Shown: piece after piece, positions 58,644-64,000 of the stretch
How positions within the stretch are numbered: position 1 is the stretch's first letter
Layout of the letters: each line of letters opens with the position of its first letter
Source of the DNA: Candidatus Omnitrophota bacterium
GTDB lineage: Bacteria; Omnitrophota; Gorgyraeia; JAHJTE01
Direction of reading: 5' to 3'
NCBI GenBank assembly: GCA_018830005.1
Contig: JAHJTE010000002.1
Location: forward strand, 139,809-203,808
DNA: 64,000 bases
Translations under genes and position numbers: made by a program
The notes under the pieces: model-generated
What the model saw: the letters and a program-made list of their open reading frames with translations, nothing else
What the model was told of the DNA's origin: nothing
Databases searched by the model: none

Positions 58644-59981
58644 TTAGTTATTAAAATTCTTCAAAAATGCGCTAATCCCGGATGCCTCTCGCGGACCAAC
58701 CATAACCTTCCAGCCGCTCTGTTCTTCTAAATCTCCGCTCATAACAGCAACATAACCGGGTATAATAACTATCTTGTGATTCACCAATTGCTCTGTAGAG
58801 GCCTTTTGCATAGACTGTGTTATTTTCTCAGGAGTAAACTTCTCCGCTGCCCAGGCAGTTAGAACTGACATGCCTTCTGTATCCACGCTTAGTATGTAAG
58901 AGGAAATCTTGCTCGATTCCACTTCTGAAAGAACTGTATAATAAGTAAGTGAAAAATTAGTAGTTACCAGTAGTGGAGACTCATTTGTTGGCGAACCAAT
59001 CGGATATATCTTTGGTTCAACCTGCAAAGGTCTCTGCGGATCAGAATAAATATTCTGGCGCAACGTAAGCAATGAAAGTATTGCAGGCACTGATGCCTTT
59101 TCCAATAAAATGATTGATGCATACTTAGCCATAAGCGCACCAGCATTCAAAACATCAAACACAGACTCTCCGGCTTTAATAACGCTAATTGTAGGAAAAC
59201 CAAAAGGGCGAAATGTCTTCTTTAAAGCAAGACGGCGGATTTGAGTAAGGCCTTCAATCTGGGCTGCTAGGCTATTATTTTCCACATGCAATACTAAATC
59301 CTCACAAGTCCTCTGCTTGAGCTTTTTAACAAGTTCATGGAGATCGTCAAGGCTAGAAGCAGAGACAACTAAAGGTGCTTTAGCATTATTTGCAATCTCA
59401 GCGAATTGAGCATGATTATTTTCATCTGCCCCAAAAATTAGCGGTTGTTCATCCTTACAAATCTCAATTGCAGCTTTGATAATTTCAGGATTCTTGGAAA
59501 TAAATACAAGATTTAGCTTACTATTTTCCTTAACAAACTTCACGCAATTTGAAAAGGTCTGTATATCTCCTGAAGTATCCTTTATTGCAATTAAATCCAG
59601 CTTTAACTCCTGGCCTACCCTTTCAAACTCTAGACCTTTCAAAAATTTAACGAATTCAGACAGCTCTGCTTGGGGAGTATTATCTTCTATTATGAGTCCA
59701 ATCCCCGTGGGATGATGAAACTTTTCTTCATGGCGGAACAGCACAGTCTCATTACCAACACTTAAGGCATCCTCTTCCTTGCCGATAGTAATTAATTTTA
59801 CTGGCGGTTGAGAAGACGACTCCAGGGCAGCCTTAGCCTCGTCAGTCAAAAAGGGACACTTGGTGATGTCTGTGGTTTTCTTAGCCAGCGCCAATGCAAA
59901 AGCAAGGCAAGTGGGAAAATTACACTTCCTGCAATTTGTCTTTGGTAGTAACTTATAAATCTCTAATCCTGCTAACCCCAT
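58644..59981 (-). CDS. acsC: Corrinoid iron-sulfur protein large subunit (CFeSP gamma)
   Basis: N-terminal [4Fe-4S] motif CRKCNFPTCLAFA...CPF; 445 aa. Confidence 0.8.
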   Translation of the reverse strand: MGLAGLEIYKLLPKTNCRKCNFPTCLAFALALAKKTTDITKCPFLTDEAKAALESSSQPPVKLITIGKEEDALSVGNETVLFRHEEKFHHPTGIGLIIEDNTPQAELSEFVKFLKGLEFERVGQELKLDLIAIKDTSGDIQTFSNCVKFVKENSKLNLVFISKNPEIIKAAIEICKDEQPLIFGADENNHAQFAEIANNAKAPLVVSASSLDDLHELVKKLKQRTCEDLVLHVENNSLAAQIEGLTQIRRLALKKTFRPFGFPTISVIKAGESVFDVLNAGALMAKYASIILLEKASVPAILSLLTLRQNIYSDPQRPLQVEPKIYPIGSPTNESPLLVTTNFSLTYYTVLSEVESSKISSYILSVDTEGMSVLTAWAAEKFTPEKITQSMQKASTEQLVNHKIVIIPGYVAVMSGDLEEQSGWKVMVGPREASGISAFLKNFNN

Positions 59982-60084
59982 AACGCAGACTCCTTTTTTA
60001 GAATTTACTTATTTTAAGAAGGGGAAAAACGATTCTCACTTGGGAATATAAAAAGAAATTTATCAAAAGATTCAGGAAAGTATT

Positions 60085-60411
60085 TCAGCTAAAAACAACC
60101 AAAAGAAGCGTAAGGCAAATAAAGAAACAAAGAAAATAAAAATCATTGAAATAAAGGAAGTCGTTAATCCTCTCGATTAGATTACGGTAACCCAAAGAAG
60201 CATCAACGTCAACGCTGCTTTTGCGAATATGCGTTAAGACACGCGGCGTGATCTTAACCTGCTTCAGCTGATCTTCCTTAAATCGCAAATATACTCCACC
60301 GATCTTATAAGCCGGAATTGTCCCTTGTTCAGACAAATCAACAACCGCCTTCTCAGAGATACCAAAATAGGCTGCCGCTTCACGCACAGTTAATAATTTT
60401 TCTTTCGCCAT
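60085..60411 (-). CDS. Excisionase-family HTH DNA-binding protein with C-terminal transmembrane anchor
   Basis: LTVREAAAYFGISEKAVVDLSEQGTIPAYKIGGVYLRFKEDQL matches the excisionase-type HTH (TIGR01764-like); C-terminal hydrophobic tail FYFLCFFICLTLLLVVFS. Confidence 0.6.
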   Translation of the reverse strand: MAKEKLLTVREAAAYFGISEKAVVDLSEQGTIPAYKIGGVYLRFKEDQLKQVKITPRVLTHIRKSSVDVDASLGYRNLIERINDFLYFNDFYFLCFFICLTLLLVVFS

Positions 60412-60429
60412 CGTTAAATTTTCCTGATC

Positions 60430-60939
60430 TTACTGCTTTAGTTTCCCTGATGCTATCCATTTATCAATCTTCTTTCTTTCAAAGCGCCAATTATCTCCAT
60501 CCTTGAAAGCAGGCACCTTTCCAGAATTGGCCCACTCCATAACAGAATTCAAATCAATCTCTAGGTATCTTGCCAAATCATCTGGTCCGAATATGTCTTC
60601 TAACATGCGGCATTCGCCTTCAAAGATTGCCCCTTCCATAACAATAAGTTTGGCTGTTTTGATCTCGCCTTTGACCTCTGCTGTTGACTCTAAAACTAAT
60701 CTCTCCTTAGAGACAATATCTCCTTTTACCCTGCCAGCAACAGCAATGTTTTCTCCGATAATATGGGCATCTACATCTGCCTTTGGCCCGATTTGGAGAT
60801 AGCCTTTTGTCTCCAGCGTGCCTTCAAACTTACCGTTTATACGTAAATTAACTGGATCTTTGAATGTTAATGTCCCACTCATTGCTGCATCTACATCAAG
60901 AAACTTTTCTGGTTCCTCCCTTCTTGATCTCATGGCCAT
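60430..60939 (-). CDS. Bactofilin-domain protein fused to a C-terminal excisionase-family HTH
   Basis: Bactofilin beta-helix repeats (LQIGPKADVDAHIIGENIAVAGRVKGDIVSKERLVLESTAEVKGEI) followed by LARYLEIDLNSVMEWANSGKVPAFKDGDNWRFERKKIDKWI. Confidence 0.65.
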   Translation of the reverse strand: MAMRSRREEPEKFLDVDAAMSGTLTFKDPVNLRINGKFEGTLETKGYLQIGPKADVDAHIIGENIAVAGRVKGDIVSKERLVLESTAEVKGEIKTAKLIVMEGAIFEGECRMLEDIFGPDDLARYLEIDLNSVMEWANSGKVPAFKDGDNWRFERKKIDKWIASGKLKQ

Positions 60940-61000
60940 GTATCAGCCCTCCTTTAATGAGACAATAATTTAGACTCGTTAAATTATATCCTCGCTTTAT

Positions 61001-61441
61001 CTATTTATTTTGATGCTTACTAAGATGAACCTCAACGCCTCTTATTGCCCATAAGACAATAAGAACTAATAATGTAGTAACAAGTGCCGCCAGATAAAAA
61101 CCACAGCCTACGGCTATGCCAATAGCAGCCACAATCCACAAGGTCGCAGCAGTGGTAAGACCATGCACAGTATCTCCGCCGCGAATAATTGCACCTGCGC
61201 CTAAAAAGCCAATTCCAGTGACAACGCCGGCTACAATGCGCGAAGGATCTACATTAGCTATATCTTTATATATATCAAAAACATACGCGGATGTCAACAT
61301 TATCAAACTAGCACCCACACAAACAAGAATATGAGTCCTAAGTCCTGCACTCCTTTTTTTGATCTCACGTTCAAGACCAATGAACCCCCCCAAAACTGCA
61401 GCCAAAATAAGACGCAATATTACCTGCTCTGTCAAAAGCAT
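61001..61441 (-). CDS. mgtC: MgtC/SapB family membrane protein
   Basis: LILAAVLGGFIGLEREIKKRSAGLRTHILVCVGASL MgtC signature. Confidence 0.8.
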   Translation of the reverse strand: MLLTEQVILRLILAAVLGGFIGLEREIKKRSAGLRTHILVCVGASLIMLTSAYVFDIYKDIANVDPSRIVAGVVTGIGFLGAGAIIRGGDTVHGLTTAATLWIVAAIGIAVGCGFYLAALVTTLLVLIVLWAIRGVEVHLSKHQNK

Positions 61442-61476
61442 GATTACCTCTCTTGTTTTATTAAAGATAAGCTCAT

Positions 61477-62451
61477 TTACTTCCTCAGATGATATGCCAA
61501 CCCTGCAATCATTGCCGCATTATCCTGACAAAACTCTAAATCAGAAAAACTCACTCTGATCTTTTCCTTAAGAGAAGATTGTAAGATATTTTCTCGCAGT
61601 AGAGAGTTTGCTGCTACGCCTCCTCCAATTATTAAATCTTTCACATTTCTAGCCTTACAGGCCGCAATTGTTTTATCTACCAAGACATTAACTACTGCCT
61701 CCTGAAACGCTGCGGCAATCTCTGCCTTAAGAGAAAATGGCAACTTGCAAGAAGGGTTTTTTCTTTGCCAGTCCTGTACGAAATAAAGAACTGCTGTTTT
61801 GATTCCACTGAAACTAAAATCAAAACTATTAGGTAGCCGGGCGCAATTAAAATGCAATCTTGGCCTTGAAACAGCCTTAGCTAACTTATCGATTTCAGGA
61901 CCGCCCGGAAAAGAAAGTCCTAGAATTTTAGCAACCTTATCAAATGCCTCACCCGCAGCATCATCGCGAGTTTGACCTAACAATTGAATCTTCCTAAAGC
62001 CCTTACAATAAAATATACGCGTATGACCGCCTGAAACCACCAAGGCCACTAAGGGAAATTTAGGTTTTTTTCTATTAAGCCTTGCATCCAAAAAAGGAGA
62101 ATAAAGATGTGCCTGAGTATGGTCTACTTCTATTAAATCCTTTCCTAGAGAAAAACTTAAGGCACGCGCAAAACTTAAACCAACCAGTAATGCCCCTGGT
62201 AGACCCGGCTGCTTTGTTACGGCAATAAGACCTATATCTTCAAGGTCTACTTTTGCCTCTTTTATAGCTTCCTGAGAAACAAATGCTATTGCCTCTAGAT
62301 GTCCCCTTGCTGCAATCTCAGGTACTACGCCTCCATACTTCTTATGTAAAAAAAGTGTAGAGGATATAACATTGGATAAAACCTTCTTGCCATCTCTGAC
62401 AACAGAAGCCGCAGTCTCATCACAGGAGGTCTCAATACCTAAGACATTCAT
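61477..62451 (-). CDS. tsaD: tRNA N6-adenosine threonylcarbamoyltransferase
   Basis: MNVLGIETSCDETAASVV and GGVAAN Kae1/TsaD motifs. Confidence 0.9.
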   Translation of the reverse strand: MNVLGIETSCDETAASVVRDGKKVLSNVISSTLFLHKKYGGVVPEIAARGHLEAIAFVSQEAIKEAKVDLEDIGLIAVTKQPGLPGALLVGLSFARALSFSLGKDLIEVDHTQAHLYSPFLDARLNRKKPKFPLVALVVSGGHTRIFYCKGFRKIQLLGQTRDDAAGEAFDKVAKILGLSFPGGPEIDKLAKAVSRPRLHFNCARLPNSFDFSFSGIKTAVLYFVQDWQRKNPSCKLPFSLKAEIAAAFQEAVVNVLVDKTIAACKARNVKDLIIGGGVAANSLLRENILQSSLKEKIRVSFSDLEFCQDNAAMIAGLAYHLRK

Positions 62452-62457
62452 ATCGAC

Positions 62458-63309
62458 TTATTCCACTAACTCAGAAAGCAAGACAAATTCTATTTGCTGT
62501 TTTCCAGAATCTAATTGAGATATTTTATCATCCAGAACCCTTAAAGTAAGTTTACGATCATGACCAATGCCGACTGCCTTACCTTTTTTCTTAGCCAATC
62601 TAATCAATTTTTCAAATTGATTAGAAATATATTCATAATCTTGCTCATTGTCAAGAAAGATATCACGTGTAATATAGCCTACGCCTAAATCCTTTGCGAT
62701 TTTTCTACTTACAGGGCGAGAAATAACCAAGCTGTCTAGAAAAAACAGATTTCTTCTGGCTAATTCTTCAAATATTATTCTCATAAGCGGCTCAGAGGCA
62801 GTCGCCTTAGATCCCATGTGATTTGAGACGCCAACAACCATAGGCAGGGACTTTAAATCTTTATTGAGAATCTTAAATATCTCATCTTTGCCCATTGTAG
62901 TAAGTATAGTATCGGGTTCAAGTTCGGCACCTTCTGGAAGGGAACGAGGCTCAAGCGGTAAATGCAAGATTGCCTCACGCATATGTCCTTTAGCAAAACT
63001 TGCGATTTCCTTACTATAGATAAGAGAAGGCAATATTGACAAGGTCAATGGGACATCTAGCTTTTCTAAATAGGGAATATTTCTCCTGTTATAGCCCCAA
63101 TCATCAATCACCAAGGCCACTTTAGCCAAGACCTCTTTTTCTATCTCGATTTCAGGATAAGACTCCTCAACTAACTCTAAAGGCTCAATCGGTATAGCCT
63201 CTTTCTTTTGCTTAACTAGCAAAGAGATTATTATGCCAAACTGAACCAGGACAATACAGAGAAGAACTATTACTAATGGATTTGAGTTGCCTGTTGACTT
63301 TTTAGCCAA
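62458..63309 (-). CDS. Divergent polysaccharide deacetylase (YibQ/DUF610 family)
   Basis: N-terminal TM; VALVIDDWGYN ... GVSNHMGS motifs. Confidence 0.7.
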   Translation of the reverse strand: MAKKSTGNSNPLVIVLLCIVLVQFGIIISLLVKQKKEAIPIEPLELVEESYPEIEIEKEVLAKVALVIDDWGYNRRNIPYLEKLDVPLTLSILPSLIYSKEIASFAKGHMREAILHLPLEPRSLPEGAELEPDTILTTMGKDEIFKILNKDLKSLPMVVGVSNHMGSKATASEPLMRIIFEELARRNLFFLDSLVISRPVSRKIAKDLGVGYITRDIFLDNEQDYEYISNQFEKLIRLAKKKGKAVGIGHDRKLTLRVLDDKISQLDSGKQQIEFVLLSELVE

Positions 63310-64000
63310 TTTTTTGAACCTTATTATAGACCTTTATTGCCTTTAAAAGATCTAACGCCCTTAATAGCTGTGAATCTCTCAAATAAAAATCATCATCTTT
63401 GTTAATATTCTCTTCCTTGCTGTCTTTTTCTGGTTTCTTTTTCTCATTCTCTAATTTCTTAAAGACGTCTTCTGTATCCTCTTCGGCCGCTGCCTCAGAA
63501 ATAAACTGAGCCTTAACTTCAATATCTGGCTCGATTCCAACATTGTGTATTGAACGCTCAGATGGCGTAAAATACTTACTTGTCGTAAGCCGCAAGGCAG
63601 AACCATCATTCATAGGCAACACGGTCTGTACAGAACCCTTTCCAAAACTTTTTGTTCCCAATATCAGGGCACGATTATAATCCTGTAAGGCACCCGCAAG
63701 AATTTCTGAACCTGATGCGCTTCCTTCATTAATCAAAACCACCATTGGTATATCCAAGAGTGGATCTTTAACTCGTGATTTAAATTCAAATCTGGATGCA
63801 GGGTTTCTGCCTTGAGTTGAAACGACTAATGTATCATTGGGAAGAAAGGAAGAGGTAATATCAATAGCGACATTTAAAAGTCCACCCGGATTAAATCTCA
63901 CATCTAAAATCAGAGCCTGCATACCCTCATCCTGCAGGCGCTTCAGGGCAGCCTTAAATTCCTTTGCGCTATTTTCTCGAAATTCTATTAAACGAATATA
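63302..64000 (-). CDS. ctpA: C-terminal processing peptidase (S41 family), partial; N-terminus beyond the window end
   Basis: LINEGSASGSEILAGALQDYNRALILGTKSFGKGSVQ catalytic region; the frame is open to the window edge. Confidence 0.75.
   Translation of the reverse strand, partial: YIRLIEFRENSAKEFKAALKRLQDEGMQALILDVRFNPGGLLNVAIDITSSFLPNDTLVVSTQGRNPASRFEFKSRVKDPLLDIPMVVLINEGSASGSEILAGALQDYNRALILGTKSFGKGSVQTVLPMNDGSALRLTTSKYFTPSERSIHNVGIEPDIEVKAQFISEAAAEEDTEDVFKKLENEKKKPEKDSKEENINKDDDFYLRDSQLLRALDLLKAIKVYNKVQKIG

Overview
This is a gene-dense bacterial chromosomal segment. Almost every gene is on the minus strand, and nucleotide and amino-acid composition are AT-rich, with visibly K/I/N-rich proteins. 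It most likely comes from an uncultivated anaerobe, because it carries a Wood-Ljungdahl methyl-branch cluster (acsC-RACo-cooC-acsD-acsE). The left two-thirds are core housekeeping genes: 7TM-HD/phoH, aspS, hisS, HU, dnaE, guaA plus an IMPDH-family gene, CIRCE-controlled groESL, coaX, uvrB, nadC, valS, and a threonine/isoleucine cluster (cimA, lysC, an ApgM-type 'proposed homoserine kinase', thrC, hom) interrupted by cstA, coaB and a HAMP-GAF-HD-GYP gene. A tRNA-Pro and a tRNA-Thr(TGT)/Tyr/Gly cluster follow. The main accessory feature is an integrated element of about 8.2 kb (38137..46419) inserted in tRNA-Thr(TGT) and bounded by perfect 39-bp direct repeats. It encodes a tyrosine integrase, an AAA+ ATPase, an AlpA-type excisionase, an iteron array, a replication-like wH protein, a Zn-ribbon protein, a SpoVG homologue, an uncharacterised cargo block (one 326-aa protein, two lipoproteins with near-identical signal peptides, two membrane proteins) and a PIN-domain toxin-antitoxin pair. 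Beyond the element lie nnr, acpS, pdxJ, cdaA, folP, ftsH, tilS, a Fic gene with a perfect palindromic operator, an unusual tRNA(CAT), the Wood-Ljungdahl cluster, a bactofilin-HTH / HTH-TM gene pair, mgtC, tsaD, yibQ and a partial S41 peptidase. No CRISPR array or rRNA was seen.
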